A DNA stretch of 64,000 nt from Geopsychrobacteraceae bacterium (GCA_963676795.2 CAXXTB010000001.1:928001-992000), one strand, 5' to 3'; shown: positions 31,371 to 42,717, counted from the first letter of the stretch. Numbers and translations are program-made. The notes: generated from the letters alone by a model not told the origin.

Positions 31371-34052
31371 ATGACTGCTCAACAAAAACAGCTCTACCTC
31401 GTCGACGGTTCATCCTATATCTACCGCGCCTACTACGCTATCCGCCATCTGTCCAACTCCAGGGGGGAGGCGACCAACGCCGTCTACGGTTTCACCAATA
31501 TGCTGCTGACCCTGCTGCGCGAATATGCACCGGAACACGTTGCCGTTGTTTTTGACAGCAAGGGGCCGACCTTTCGCAAGGAGCTCTATCCTCAATACAA
31601 GGCCAATAGGGCTGCGATGCCGGAGGATCTGGTGCCGCAGATTCCGCTGATCAAGGAGGTTGTCAAAGCCTTCAATCTGCCTTGCCTGGAAATGCCCGGC
31701 TATGAGGCGGATGATATCATCGCCACCCTGACCCGGCGTTACGAGCAACAGGGGTTCGACGTCACCGTTGTTACCGGCGACAAGGACCTGATGCAGATCG
31801 TCAGCGAGCGGGTCTGCCTGCTCGATACTATGAAGAAGAAGGTCTTCCGCCGCGACGAGGTTATTGAGCGCTTCGGTGTGCCGCCTGAGCAGGTGCTCGA
31901 GGTTCTCGGTCTGGCCGGCGACACCTCCGACAATATTCCCGGGGTGCCCGGCATCGGTGAGAAGACCGCGGCGACGCTGATACAGGAGTTCGGCAGCATC
32001 GAAAACCTGCTTGCCAATATCGACAAGGTTACCGGTAAGAAACGCCAGGAAAACCTGCGTGAATTCGCCGACCAGGCGCTCTTGTCGCGCCAGCTGGCCG
32101 ACCTGATTTACGACCTGGAACTGGAGATCAGTTACGATGATCTGCTGCTAGGTGAGCCGAATCGTGAGGCGCTCGAAATTCTGTTTCGTGACTTGGAGTT
32201 CACCAAGCTGATGCAGGAGTTCGCTCCGCAGGTTGTCGCAGAGCGCAAGGATGGCAACTACCAGGCGGTGCTCAGTGAAGCAGAGTTTGACGAGCTGCTG
32301 GCAGAACTGAAGAAGGCAAAGCGTTTTGCCCTGGACACCGAGACGACCAGCCTCAATGCGGTCGAAGCCGAGCTGGTCGGCCTCTCCTTTGCTGTCGAGG
32401 CGGGCAGTGCCTGGTATCTGCCGGTCGGCCACCGCTACCTGGGGGTGCCGGAGCAGCTGGATAAGGATCTGGTCATCGCGCGGCTGCGCCCGCTGCTGGA
32501 GGATCCGCTGATCGAAAAGATCGGTCAGAATATCAAGTATGACGCCCTGGTCCTGCGCGGCGCCGGGATCGAACTGGCCGGTGTTGCCGTCGATACCATG
32601 GTGCTCTCCTATGTTCTCTATCCGGAGGCCAAGTCGCATGGTCTTGACGCTCTGGCCCTGGAGCACCTCAATCATCAGATGATTCCATATTCAGAGGTCG
32701 CCGGCAGCGGCAAGAAGCAGATCTGTTTCAGCGAGGTTGAGGTTGAAAAGGCGACGGTGTATGCCGCCGAAGATGCCGACATCACCCTGCAGCTGGCTGA
32801 CAAGCTACTTAAGGAGCTGCCGGACGATGCGCGCCGTCAGCTGTTTTATGAGGTCGAGATGCCACTGGTCGAGGTGCTGACCCGCATGGAGTGGACCGGT
32901 ATCCGGGTTGATGCCGATTTCCTCGGCCATCTTTCAGACGAACTGGGACATCAGCTGATCGGGCTGGAAAAGGCTATCCATGAGCTGGGGCAGGGGGCGT
33001 TCAATATCAATTCACCAAAACAGTTGGGCGAGGTCCTGTTTGAAAAGCTCGGCCTGCCGAAAGGGAAGAAGACCAAGACCGGCTGGTCGACCAACGTCGA
33101 AGTGCTGGAGAAACTGGCCGAAGAGCATGAGATCGCCAAAAAGATCCTCGATTACCGCTCATTGAGCAAACTCAAGAACACCTACAGCGATGCCCTGCCG
33201 AAGCTGATCAACCACCGCACCGGCCGCGTTCACACCTCCTTCAATCAGGCGGTGACCGCGACCGGCCGCCTGTCGTCGAGCGATCCCAATCTGCAGAATA
33301 TCCCGATCCGCAGCACCGAAGGGCGGCGCATCCGCGAGGCCTTTCTGCCTGAAGCAGGCTGGACCCTGGTCTCGGCTGATTATTCCCAGGTCGAGCTGCG
33401 GGTCATGGCCCATCTGGCCGATGTCGCCGCACTCAAGGAGAGTTTCGCCGCCGGCGAGGATATTCACAAGCGGACCGCCGGCGAGATCTTCAATGTCTTT
33501 CCCGAAATGGTCAGCGACGAGATGCGCCGCCAGGCCAAGACCATCAACTTCGGGGTGCTCTACGGCATGGGGGCCTTCAGCCTGGCCAAGGACCTGGGGA
33601 TCAGCCGCAGCGAAGCGCAGAGTTTCATCGATCACTATTTTGAACGCTATCCTGCGGTGCTCAATTTTCTGGAGCAGAAGAAACAGGAGGCCCGCGAGTG
33701 CCAGTATGTCACGACCCTGCTCGGTCGCCACTGCGCCGTGCCGGAGATCAACAGCAAGAACGGTGCGATCCGCAGTTATGCCGAGCGCAACGCCATCAAC
33801 TACCCGGTTCAGGGGAGCGCCGCCGACATTATCAAGGTGGCGATGATCAGGATCGACAAGTGTCTGCGTGACGAGCAGCTGCAGGCCCGCATGCTGTTGC
33901 AGGTCCATGATGAACTGGTCTTCGAGGTTCCTGCGGATGAGTTGGACAGGGTGATCGCCCTGATCCGTCAGGAGATGGAGCATGCCGTCGAGCTGGAGCT
34001 GCCGCTCAAGGTCGATGTCGGTCAGGGGGCCAACTGGGCTCAGGCCCACTGA
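31371..34052 (+). CDS. polA: DNA polymerase I
   Basis: 5'-3' exonuclease (DGSSYIYRAY), 3'-5' exonuclease (DTETT), polymerase motifs (DYSQVELR, AKTINFG, QVHDEL). Confidence 0.98.
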   Translation: MTAQQKQLYLVDGSSYIYRAYYAIRHLSNSRGEATNAVYGFTNMLLTLLREYAPEHVAVVFDSKGPTFRKELYPQYKANRAAMPEDLVPQIPLIKEVVKAFNLPCLEMPGYEADDIIATLTRRYEQQGFDVTVVTGDKDLMQIVSERVCLLDTMKKKVFRRDEVIERFGVPPEQVLEVLGLAGDTSDNIPGVPGIGEKTAATLIQEFGSIENLLANIDKVTGKKRQENLREFADQALLSRQLADLIYDLELEISYDDLLLGEPNREALEILFRDLEFTKLMQEFAPQVVAERKDGNYQAVLSEAEFDELLAELKKAKRFALDTETTSLNAVEAELVGLSFAVEAGSAWYLPVGHRYLGVPEQLDKDLVIARLRPLLEDPLIEKIGQNIKYDALVLRGAGIELAGVAVDTMVLSYVLYPEAKSHGLDALALEHLNHQMIPYSEVAGSGKKQICFSEVEVEKATVYAAEDADITLQLADKLLKELPDDARRQLFYEVEMPLVEVLTRMEWTGIRVDADFLGHLSDELGHQLIGLEKAIHELGQGAFNINSPKQLGEVLFEKLGLPKGKKTKTGWSTNVEVLEKLAEEHEIAKKILDYRSLSKLKNTYSDALPKLINHRTGRVHTSFNQAVTATGRLSSSDPNLQNIPIRSTEGRRIREAFLPEAGWTLVSADYSQVELRVMAHLADVAALKESFAAGEDIHKRTAGEIFNVFPEMVSDEMRRQAKTINFGVLYGMGAFSLAKDLGISRSEAQSFIDHYFERYPAVLNFLEQKKQEARECQYVTTLLGRHCAVPEINSKNGAIRSYAERNAINYPVQGSAADIIKVAMIRIDKCLRDEQLQARMLLQVHDELVFEVPADELDRVIALIRQEMEHAVELELPLKVDVGQGANWAQAH

Positions 34053-34219
34053 CGGCGATAGCGGTTTAGAGAAAGGGCACTGTCAGAACTTGGTTAATCT
34101 GAGGCCCCTTGCTTTCATGAAGAGCGGGATGTGCTATCGTTATATTTGTTGCACTAAGATTTCCCCATGTCGCAGATATGAGCTTTGGGGGCGTCCTCTT
34201 TTCGAGACAGGCTAAAACC

Positions 34220-36721
34220 ATGAATCTGAAACGCTTCAAGACCAACGATATCAGTGTGCGGTTAACGGCTCTGCCACCACTGGCTGACGATGCCGAGTCC
34301 CTTGATTATGATTTCAGGCGTTATTACACCTATAATCTCGGGCGTGACCGGAACTGCAGGTTGACCCACTACGCCTATGAGGCGCTGGCGCTGACGGTCC
34401 GCGACCGGCTGATGGAACGCTGGACCAAAACCCGTTATGCCTACGAAGAGAATAACTGCCGGCGGGCCTACTACCTGTCTCTCGAATTTCTGATGGGGCG
34501 GGCGATGGGCAATGCTGTTCTGAACATCGGGCTCAATGGCGAACTCAAAACCGCTCTGGCCAAGCGTTGTCTGGATTTCGAAGAGCTGGAGATGATCGAA
34601 CCGGACGCCGGGCTTGGCAACGGCGGTCTGGGCCGTCTGGCGGCCTGCTTTCTCGACAGCTGTGCAACTTTGCAACTGCCGGTTCAGGGTTACGGCATCC
34701 GCTATGAATACGGCATGTTCCGGCAGCGTATCGAAAATGGCTTCCAGGTTGAAGAGCCCGACCACTGGCTGGAGACTGACAATATCTGGGAGATCAAGCG
34801 TCCCGAATACCGCCAGCGGATCAAGTTCGGCGGGCGGACCGAGTTCTATCAGGATGCTTACGGTCGTCAGCGGGTGCGCTGGGTCGATAGCCGCGATGTC
34901 CAGGCGATTCCTTACGATGTGCCGATTCCCGGTTATGAAAACGGTACGGTCAATACCCTGCGGCTGTGGAAAGCGGCAGCGACCGAAGACTTCGATCTGG
35001 ATGAATTCAACTCCGGTGATTACCCGGGGTCGGTCGCGGCGAAAAACGACGCGGAAAAGATCACCATGGTCCTCTATCCGAACGACGCCAGTGAGAGCGG
35101 CAAGGAGCTGCGCCTGCGTCAGCAGTATTTCCTCGCTTCGGCGAGCCTGCAGGATGTCCTTGACAAGTGGGTTGTCACCCGGGGCTCCGATTTAACTGAA
35201 TTTGCCGACCTCAACTGCTTCCAGCTCAACGATACCCATCCCAGCTGTGCTGTTGCCGAGCTGATGCGCCTGCTCCTCGATGAGCATGGCCTGGAGTGGG
35301 ATGAGGCCTGGTCGATCACCAGCCGGACCATGGCCTACACCAACCATACCCTGTTGCCCGAGGCTCTGGAAAAGTGGCCGGTGCGGCTGTTCCGGCAGCT
35401 GTTGCCGCGCCTGCTGGAGATCATCTACGAAATCAACGCCCGCTTCTTACGCGAGGTTGCCCAGCACTGGCCGGGTGATAACGACCGGCAGCGGCGCATG
35501 TCATTGATCGAAGAGGGGCCCGATCCGCAGGTGCGTATGGCTTATCTGGCGATTGTCGGCAGTTTTTCTGTCAATGGGGTTGCGGAACTTCATTCCCAGC
35601 TGCTCAAGAGCGGCTTGTTCCGTGATTTTTATGAACTCTGGCCGAAGCGCTTCAACAACAAGACCAATGGCGTAACCCAACGGCGCTGGCTGGCTCTGGC
35701 CAATCCTGACCTGAGCACCCTGATCAGCGACAAGATCGGCCGTGGCTGGATCACCGACCTGTCCGAGCTGAGTCGCCTGACCCCCTTCGCCGGGGACACG
35801 GCCTTTCAGGAACAGTGGCGCCAGGTCAAGCGGCGTAACAAGGAACGCCTGGCGGAAATGGTTCTGCAGGAGTGCAGTGTGGTCTTTTCTCCCGACGCCC
35901 TGTTCGACGTTCAGGTCAAGCGGATTCACGAATACAAGCGCCAGCTGCTCAACATCCTGCATGTGATCCACCTCTACAACCGGATCAAGCGCGGCGATAC
36001 GCAAGGCTGGACGCCCCGTTGCGTGCTTTTCGGCGGCAAGGCGGCGCCAGGTTATGCCATGGCCAAGCTGATCATCAAGCTGATCAACAATGTCGCGGCA
36101 ATGGTCAACAGCGATGCCGATGTCGGGGAGCTGCTCAAGGTCGTGTTTCTGCCCAACTATCGGGTCTCGGCGATGGAGACGATCTGCCCCGGATCCGATC
36201 TTTCCGAGCAGATTTCCACGGCCGGAAAAGAAGCGTCAGGAACGGGGAACATGAAGTTCATGATCAACGGCGCCCTGACCATCGGCACCCTGGACGGAGC
36301 GAATATTGAGATCCGTGAGGAGGTCGGCGCCGAGAATTTCTTCCTATTCGGCCGTACCGCCGAGCAGGTCGAAAAAACCCGCAGGAATTACGATCCGGCG
36401 GCGATCGTTGCCGCCGATCCGAATCTTTCCCAGGTGATGCAGCTGCTGCGCAGTGGCCATTTCAGTCAGTTCGAAGCGGGGATCTTCGATCCGATTCTGG
36501 ATGCCATCCTAAGTCCGCATGATCCGTGGCTGGTGGCCGCCGATTTTACCAGTTATGTAGAGGCGCAGGAGCTGGTGGCCAAGGCCTATCTGGATGAGCA
36601 TAACTGGACGCGGATGAGCATCCTCAACACTGCGGCCGCAGGAAAGTTTTCGACCGACCGGACCATGGAGGACTACAACCGGGAAATCTGGAAACTGCAC
36701 AAGGTCGTTCCGAAAAGCTGA
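34220..36721 (+). CDS. glgP: Glycogen/starch phosphorylase
   Basis: GLGNGGLGRLAACF, KRIHEYKRQ, EASGTGNMK; alternative start at 34178. Confidence 0.96.
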   Translation: MNLKRFKTNDISVRLTALPPLADDAESLDYDFRRYYTYNLGRDRNCRLTHYAYEALALTVRDRLMERWTKTRYAYEENNCRRAYYLSLEFLMGRAMGNAVLNIGLNGELKTALAKRCLDFEELEMIEPDAGLGNGGLGRLAACFLDSCATLQLPVQGYGIRYEYGMFRQRIENGFQVEEPDHWLETDNIWEIKRPEYRQRIKFGGRTEFYQDAYGRQRVRWVDSRDVQAIPYDVPIPGYENGTVNTLRLWKAAATEDFDLDEFNSGDYPGSVAAKNDAEKITMVLYPNDASESGKELRLRQQYFLASASLQDVLDKWVVTRGSDLTEFADLNCFQLNDTHPSCAVAELMRLLLDEHGLEWDEAWSITSRTMAYTNHTLLPEALEKWPVRLFRQLLPRLLEIIYEINARFLREVAQHWPGDNDRQRRMSLIEEGPDPQVRMAYLAIVGSFSVNGVAELHSQLLKSGLFRDFYELWPKRFNNKTNGVTQRRWLALANPDLSTLISDKIGRGWITDLSELSRLTPFAGDTAFQEQWRQVKRRNKERLAEMVLQECSVVFSPDALFDVQVKRIHEYKRQLLNILHVIHLYNRIKRGDTQGWTPRCVLFGGKAAPGYAMAKLIIKLINNVAAMVNSDADVGELLKVVFLPNYRVSAMETICPGSDLSEQISTAGKEASGTGNMKFMINGALTIGTLDGANIEIREEVGAENFFLFGRTAEQVEKTRRNYDPAAIVAADPNLSQVMQLLRSGHFSQFEAGIFDPILDAILSPHDPWLVAADFTSYVEAQELVAKAYLDEHNWTRMSILNTAAAGKFSTDRTMEDYNREIWKLHKVVPKS

Positions 36722-36735
36722 GCTTTTCAAAGTCT

Positions 36736-38442
36736 TTAGGAAATGACCACGCAGTTACGCCCTTTGCGTTTTGCCTCGTAAAGGGCGTCGTCCGCGCGTT
36801 TGAGCAGACTGTCAATATTGATATCGTTGATCGTGTACATGCTTGCGCCGATGCTGATGTTGATGGCAATTGTCGAACCGGCGTGCTGAATTCGTAACGC
36901 GGCAACGCTCTGACGCAGGCGTTCACAGATCTGTCCGGCCGCGTCCCTGTCCGATTCGGTCAGGATCGCGGCGAATTCCTCGCCACCGAAGCGGCCGAAG
37001 ATATCGGATGCACGCAGCTCCTGCTGACAGCAATTGACCATTCTCTTGAGCACCTCATCACCGACGTCGTGACCGTAGCTGTCGTTGATGCGTTTGAAGT
37101 GATCGATGTCGAGCATCACCGCGGCCAGCGGTGTGCCGTGGCGATGTGAGCGTTTCAGCTCGGCCATCGCTCTCTCGATGAAATGTCTGCGGTTGCTGGC
37201 ACCGGTCAGCGGGTCGGTCGTCGCCAGCTGGCGCAGCCGGTCTTCGATCTGTTTCTGATTGGTGATGTCGCGGACGACCGAAAAGACCCTCTTCTGCCCT
37301 TTTTCCGGAGAAGAACTCCAGGACAGCCAGCGCAGGGTGCCATCCTTGCAGTAACAGCGATTTTCAAAACCGATGACACTGTCCCCCTTGGCCAGGCGCT
37401 GCTGGATAGACAGGCTGCGCTCCCGGTCATCCTCAAAAACCAGGTCGAGCCAGTCCTTGCTCTTGAGCTCTTCCGCGCTCCAGCCCAGGGTCCTGTGCCA
37501 GGACGGGTTCAGTTCCAGAAAATGTCCGGCAAAACTGCTGACGCAGAGCATGTCAAGGGAAAGCTCAAAGATTTTCTGCCGGTCGTCTTCGACCCGTTTC
37601 AATTCGGTCAGGTCGCGAGCGATGATGGCAATCAGATCGGGGGGCTCTGCGCCGTTGAGTAGGGGTGAATAAGAGACGGAAAAAAAACGATTGCCATTGG
37701 GAATCTCCTGCCAGACCTCAAACTGGACTTTTTCACCGGCAAAGGCTTTCTGCAGGTTGGGCAAGGCAGTACGGGTGAAAGTCTCCCGGCCGACAACCTC
37801 CTGCAAGGACAGGCCGACCAACTCTGATTGCACATGTTTGAATGCTTCCCGGTAAGCCCGGTTGACATAATGGAAGTGATAGCTGCTGTCGAGCAGGGCG
37901 ATCAGGTCGTTGGTCGTGTTGACCAGGGTATCGATCAGCTTGAGCTCCTGTTTGAGCTTGACGGCGTTACTGATGTCCCTGGCAAAAACAGAGATGCCGA
38001 TGATCTGATCAGCTTTTCTGACCGGCTGGATCGTTGTCGCGTATTCACGCTGGTCGTCGGCTGATAAATTGAGGCGCAGCGTCTGTCCCCTGAGGGCAGA
38101 ATCATATAGCTTGTCGAACAATAGGGCATTGATGTCGGTGAAGATTTCCTCAACCCGCATGCCGGGAGTCAGTTCGATATCTCTGCGGCGGGCGAAAGCT
38201 GCCTGGGCAGCTTTGTTGGCGAAAAGCAGTTTTCTCTCCCTGTCGACAGTCCAGATGATGTCTTCAGAGCTGTTCAGCAGGGACAGGAGGTTGTCACTGT
38301 TCTGCTGCCAGGCTGAGGCACAGTATTCAGTGGAGAGTGATGAATCGGCCGCGTGACGGGGCTTGTCTACGCAGGAAACAGTCTGTTCGGCCGAAGATTT
38401 GGGCTCAATGATCATCATCGTATGGCTCACAGGGCATAGCAT
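36736..38442 (-). CDS. PAS-domain diguanylate cyclase
   Basis: Three PAS-like repeats; RASD I-site and GGEEF active site; start uncertain. Confidence 0.9.
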   Translation of the reverse strand: MLCPVSHTMMIIEPKSSAEQTVSCVDKPRHAADSSLSTEYCASAWQQNSDNLLSLLNSSEDIIWTVDRERKLLFANKAAQAAFARRRDIELTPGMRVEEIFTDINALLFDKLYDSALRGQTLRLNLSADDQREYATTIQPVRKADQIIGISVFARDISNAVKLKQELKLIDTLVNTTNDLIALLDSSYHFHYVNRAYREAFKHVQSELVGLSLQEVVGRETFTRTALPNLQKAFAGEKVQFEVWQEIPNGNRFFSVSYSPLLNGAEPPDLIAIIARDLTELKRVEDDRQKIFELSLDMLCVSSFAGHFLELNPSWHRTLGWSAEELKSKDWLDLVFEDDRERSLSIQQRLAKGDSVIGFENRCYCKDGTLRWLSWSSSPEKGQKRVFSVVRDITNQKQIEDRLRQLATTDPLTGASNRRHFIERAMAELKRSHRHGTPLAAVMLDIDHFKRINDSYGHDVGDEVLKRMVNCCQQELRASDIFGRFGGEEFAAILTESDRDAAGQICERLRQSVAALRIQHAGSTIAINISIGASMYTINDINIDSLLKRADDALYEAKRKGRNCVVIS

Positions 38443-38727
38443 GAACAGCGATAAAGCAAGGTGACTTCAGATATTTTATGAGGGATTATAGCGGGAAAAA
38501 CTGGAAAAAGAGCGTTTTTTAATAAAAAAATTGGCTTTTATCTATGATTCTGAGAGTCTTTCCTGATTGTTCTGATGGAATTGCAATGTTTTTCAAATGT
38601 TTTTATACTCCGGTGAGACTCCAGGGTAGCTAGTTAGTTTTCAATCTGAAAACTTACGCGTTGCCCTCCGGAGTTTCCGGATGGCAACTAGATAACCTGT
38701 ACCGGTAGCGCAAGTGGGATATTTGCT

Positions 38728-39957
38728 TTGGCTCTGATTTATATCGACGATCTGTTAGAGGGGATGGTGCTGGCCGAGGACCTGTACACGGTCAGCGGAC
38801 GTTTCGTTCTGGCCGCAGGCTGCACACTGAAACAGGATCAGCTGACCCAGTTGAAGCAGTGGGGGGTCATTGAGGCCTCTATCTCTGACGAAAGTATCGG
38901 TGAGGAGTATGCCCGCCTGCTGGAGCCCGGGCAGGAGTTTGTTGACCGGGCCGGGGGCTACCTGTTGCGCCGCTTCATCCTGAACGATATCGGCAGTGAG
39001 CCTCTGGCAACCCTGTATCGACATGCCCTCTGGCTCTTTGCCAGGCGTTTGGAGCGCGGTCTGGATCCGACCCTGCCGAGTTATGTCAAGCTGCCAGAGT
39101 TCACCCAGGGGCCGGGACCGCTCTCTTTGCCGCAACTGTTGAAAGGAGAGATCGATGTCGTTTCATTGCCCTCGGTGTATAACCGGGTTCTGGAAATCAT
39201 AGAATGCCCGGATGTCTCGTCGGCCAAGATCGCCGATGTGATCAGCAAGGACGCCAACCTGACCCTGCGTCTGTTGCGCCTGGTCAACAGCCCCTTGTAC
39301 GGTTTCGGCGGCAAGATCGATACGGTTTCAAGAGCCGTCTCACTGATCGGGACCAATGAGCTCTCTTCCCTCGCGCTGGGTGTCACCCTGGTCAAGACTT
39401 TCCAGAGTATTCCGTCTGAGCTGATGGATATGAATTCGTTCTGGCGACACTCGATCCGCTGTGCTCTATTTGCCCGGACCATTGCCGATCACCTCAAACT
39501 GGACGGGGTCGAAGGTTATTTTACCGGTGGGCTGCTGCACGATATCGGCCGGTTGATCATGATCGAGCGTATGCCGGAACAGTATGCCGCTGCGATTCAG
39601 CGCGCCCGTGAGGAACGCCTGCCGATGTACCGTGCCGAGCAGCTCTGCCTGCAGCTGGATCATACCATCGTCGGTAAAACCCTGGCGAGCAAGTGGCGGC
39701 TTCCCGCGCCGCTGGTGCGGATGATCGGCGGTCACCATTCGCCGCGGCTGGCCAACTATTCGATTGAATCCTGTGTCATGCATGCCGCCGATCTTTTCGC
39801 TCATGGCTGTGGCTACGAAATTCTCCTGGTCAACGAGGTGCCTGAGCTTCAGCAGAAAGCCTGGGATGAACTCGGCCTTGACCTGGCCCTTATCGGCCCG
39901 ACCGTGCGCCTGGTGGAGCAGGAATTCCGCCAGATCGTCAACGCCTTTTTCGATTAA
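38728..39957 (+). CDS. HDOD-domain protein
   Basis: LLRLVNSPLYG, FWRHS, GLLHDIG, DHxxVG. Confidence 0.9.
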   Translation: MALIYIDDLLEGMVLAEDLYTVSGRFVLAAGCTLKQDQLTQLKQWGVIEASISDESIGEEYARLLEPGQEFVDRAGGYLLRRFILNDIGSEPLATLYRHALWLFARRLERGLDPTLPSYVKLPEFTQGPGPLSLPQLLKGEIDVVSLPSVYNRVLEIIECPDVSSAKIADVISKDANLTLRLLRLVNSPLYGFGGKIDTVSRAVSLIGTNELSSLALGVTLVKTFQSIPSELMDMNSFWRHSIRCALFARTIADHLKLDGVEGYFTGGLLHDIGRLIMIERMPEQYAAAIQRAREERLPMYRAEQLCLQLDHTIVGKTLASKWRLPAPLVRMIGGHHSPRLANYSIESCVMHAADLFAHGCGYEILLVNEVPELQQKAWDELGLDLALIGPTVRLVEQEFRQIVNAFFD

Positions 39958-39962
39958 AAAGC

Positions 39963-41498
39963 TCAATGCTGCCCTGGGCGGGAAGGGGGGCGTTGTTTAG
40001 GCAACGGAGAGGGACCGGAACTGATCGGTCGTCCTGCCGCTCTGGCAATCCCCTTGATCATGCCGTTGAAGACAAAGTGATGGGCCGGTGACACGCCGTA
40101 CCAGTAGAGCAGTCCCCAGAGCCCTTTGGGCAGGAACCGCGCGGTCTGGACAAGTTCTGTCTGGCCGGATTCCAGCTGCTGTAGCTGAAACGACAGAATG
40201 GCCTTGCCGGGCAGTTTCATTTCCGCGACCAGACTGAGCAGCCCCGGCGGTTTGATGTTCAGGACCCGCCAGAAGTCGAGCGCGTCGCCGGTGTAGAGCT
40301 CATGGCTGCTGCGTCGCCCGCGAATCAGTCCGGCGCCGCCGATCAGCCGATCGATAGCCCCGCGCATACGCCACAGCCAGTTGCCGTAATAATAGCCGAC
40401 CTCACCGCCAATCGCTTGAATCGCCGGCCAGATCTCCTCCGGCGTGCCATCGATGACAGCGCGTCGGATATCTTCGAAAACACTCCCCCCGGCCCAGGCC
40501 GGGTCGCCGGGGATGCTCCATTCTGCGGGGCGCATCAGGCCGGAATCGGACCAGGAGGTTTCGACCTGCTGCTGGCGAATCCTTTCCAGGGCCAGGCGGA
40601 TCGCCTTGCGTGCGTCAAACAGCTCCTGAGGAAGCAGCTCCCTGATGCGGTTCTCGCGGCAGATGACCGGGTTGCGCAGGCCTTCCGCCAGGGGGCGCGC
40701 CAGTGCTGCAGGGATCGGCGTGACCAGGTGGATCCAGTAGGAGCTGAAGCGGGGCGTCAGGATCGGCAGAGAGTGGATATGACGCGCCGGAAGTCCGGCT
40801 TCCTCGGCGTAGATCTGCATCAGCTGGCGGTAGGTTGTTACCTCCGGCTGGCCGATATCAAAGGACTGTCCGTAGGTTTCCGGCTTATCCAGACAGCCGG
40901 TCAGGTAGTAGAGGACATTGCGCACGCCGATCGGCTGGCAGGGGGTGTCGACCCAGGTCGGGGTCAGCATCAGGGGCAGGCGATCGACCAGATAGCGCAG
41001 TATTTCAAAGGAGGCGCTGCCGGAACCGATAATCATCGCTGCCCTGAGAATGGTCACCGGCACCGGGCCCGCTTGCAGAACCTGACCGACTTCGCTGCGT
41101 GAGCGCAGATGGTGGCTGAGCTGCGACTGTTCATCGCCGAGTCCGCCGAGGTAGATGATCTGCTGCAGATCCGCCTCGGCCGCAGCGTACGCCATGTTTT
41201 CCGCCGCCAGGCGGTCGGTCCGGGCAAAGTCGCTGACCGCCGGGTTCATCGAATGGATCAGGTAGTAGGCCGCCCGGCAGCCGCGCATGGCCGCAGTCAG
41301 TGACTCCCGGTCGAGGATATCACCTTTGATGATGTGCAGGTTCTTATGTCCGGCCCAGGGGCGGCTGCTCAACTTGTCCGGTGAGCGCGCCAGTGCCCTG
41401 ACCCGGTGCCCGGTGTTGAGCAGCCTGGGGACAAGCCGCCCACCGATGTAGCCGCTGGCTCCGGCGACCAGAATCTCTGCTGAACTTTGCTCTGTCAT
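39963..41498 (-). CDS. NAD(P)-dependent SDR with DUF2867 (YbjT-like)
   Basis: GASGYIG, GSGSASFE, GDALDFWRV, AEMKLPG. Confidence 0.88.
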   Translation of the reverse strand: MTEQSSAEILVAGASGYIGGRLVPRLLNTGHRVRALARSPDKLSSRPWAGHKNLHIIKGDILDRESLTAAMRGCRAAYYLIHSMNPAVSDFARTDRLAAENMAYAAAEADLQQIIYLGGLGDEQSQLSHHLRSRSEVGQVLQAGPVPVTILRAAMIIGSGSASFEILRYLVDRLPLMLTPTWVDTPCQPIGVRNVLYYLTGCLDKPETYGQSFDIGQPEVTTYRQLMQIYAEEAGLPARHIHSLPILTPRFSSYWIHLVTPIPAALARPLAEGLRNPVICRENRIRELLPQELFDARKAIRLALERIRQQQVETSWSDSGLMRPAEWSIPGDPAWAGGSVFEDIRRAVIDGTPEEIWPAIQAIGGEVGYYYGNWLWRMRGAIDRLIGGAGLIRGRRSSHELYTGDALDFWRVLNIKPPGLLSLVAEMKLPGKAILSFQLQQLESGQTELVQTARFLPKGLWGLLYWYGVSPAHHFVFNGMIKGIARAAGRPISSGPSPLPKQRPPSRPGQH

Positions 41499-41609
41499 GC
41501 ACATCTCCCGACTTTCTTTGATAGTGACTGATCCGCGGGCATTTGCAAGTTTGAACAGAAAATTTCCAGTTTTGCTAGACTTGATGACAGATCGGAAAAG
41601 GAGGTTGCC

Positions 41610-42563
41610 GTGAGTGAAAAAATTCGTTTAGGAATCAGTTCCTGCCTGCTCGGAGCCAAGGTTCGTTATGATGGCGGACACAAGTTTGATACCTACCTGG
41701 CCAACGTGCTGGGCGAATATGTCGAGTATGTGCCGGTCTGTCCTGAAGTTGAGGTCGGGCTGCCGATCCCGCGTGAATCGCTGCGCCTGCAGTTGAACGA
41801 CAAGGACGAGGTTCGGCTGGTGTTTACCCGCAGTGGCGGTGATATGACCGAGCGGATGGAGGCCTGGGCAAGGCGGCGGGTCGATCAGTTGCGTCAGGAA
41901 AATCTCGACGGCTTTGTGTTTAAATCCAAATCGCCCAGTAGCGGGATGGAGAGGGTCAAGCTTTACAACCAGAAGGGGGTGCCGCGCAATATCGGTGTCG
42001 GCGTCTTCGCGCGGATTTTTCTCGAGGCTTTTCCCTTGTTGCCGACCGAAGAAGAAGGGCGCCTGCACGATCCCCGGCTGCGTGAGAACTTTGTCGCGGC
42101 GATTTTCACCCTCAAACGCTGGCGTCAGACCATGGAATCCGGTCTGTCAGTCGGCGCACTGGTCGATTTTCACAGTCGTCACAAGCTGCTGCTGCTGGCA
42201 CACAGTGAAAAACTGGCACGCCAGATGGGACAATTGACCGGACAGCATCGGGGGTTGTCGACTGAAGAACTGTTTGAAGCCTACCAGGCTCTGTTGATGC
42301 AGGTGCTGAAACTCAAGACGACCCCGAAGAAGCATGCCCATGTCATGCAGCGGATTCTCGGCTATTTTAAAGAACAGCTGAGCAGCGATGAAAAGCAGGA
42401 AACTCTCGAGCTGATCGAGCGTTACAAGAATGGTCAGCTCCCGCTGATCGTGCCCTTGACCCTGCTTAACCACTTCGTTCGCAAGTATGATCAGTCTTTT
42501 TTGAAACAGCAGGTTTATCTCAATCCCCATCCGGCCGAGTTGAAATTGCTCAACCATGTCTGA
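41610..42563 (+). CDS. YbgA family (DUF523 + DUF1722) protein
   Basis: ISSCLLG..VRYDG, CPEV, KSPSSG, EEEGRL, FHSRHK. Confidence 0.9.
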   Translation: MSEKIRLGISSCLLGAKVRYDGGHKFDTYLANVLGEYVEYVPVCPEVEVGLPIPRESLRLQLNDKDEVRLVFTRSGGDMTERMEAWARRRVDQLRQENLDGFVFKSKSPSSGMERVKLYNQKGVPRNIGVGVFARIFLEAFPLLPTEEEGRLHDPRLRENFVAAIFTLKRWRQTMESGLSVGALVDFHSRHKLLLLAHSEKLARQMGQLTGQHRGLSTEELFEAYQALLMQVLKLKTTPKKHAHVMQRILGYFKEQLSSDEKQETLELIERYKNGQLPLIVPLTLLNHFVRKYDQSFLKQQVYLNPHPAELKLLNHV

Positions 42564-42717
42564 TTCTATGATTTTTAAAGAGCGTAAATTATTGGAAATA
42601 ATGTATGTATAGCTGTTTGTGGCTTTTTCATTAGCAATAGGGGCGTTTTATGCTAATATCTGCGGCCCAAGAGCGGCATGGTGCCGTTCAAATTTAAATT
42701 GGTAAGGAGAAGTCAAA

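Noticed and set aside
30944..31372. 142-aa and 103-aa ORFs between lon and polA
   Set aside because: They translate through the BoxC-like repeat and promoter DNA and have no protein features.
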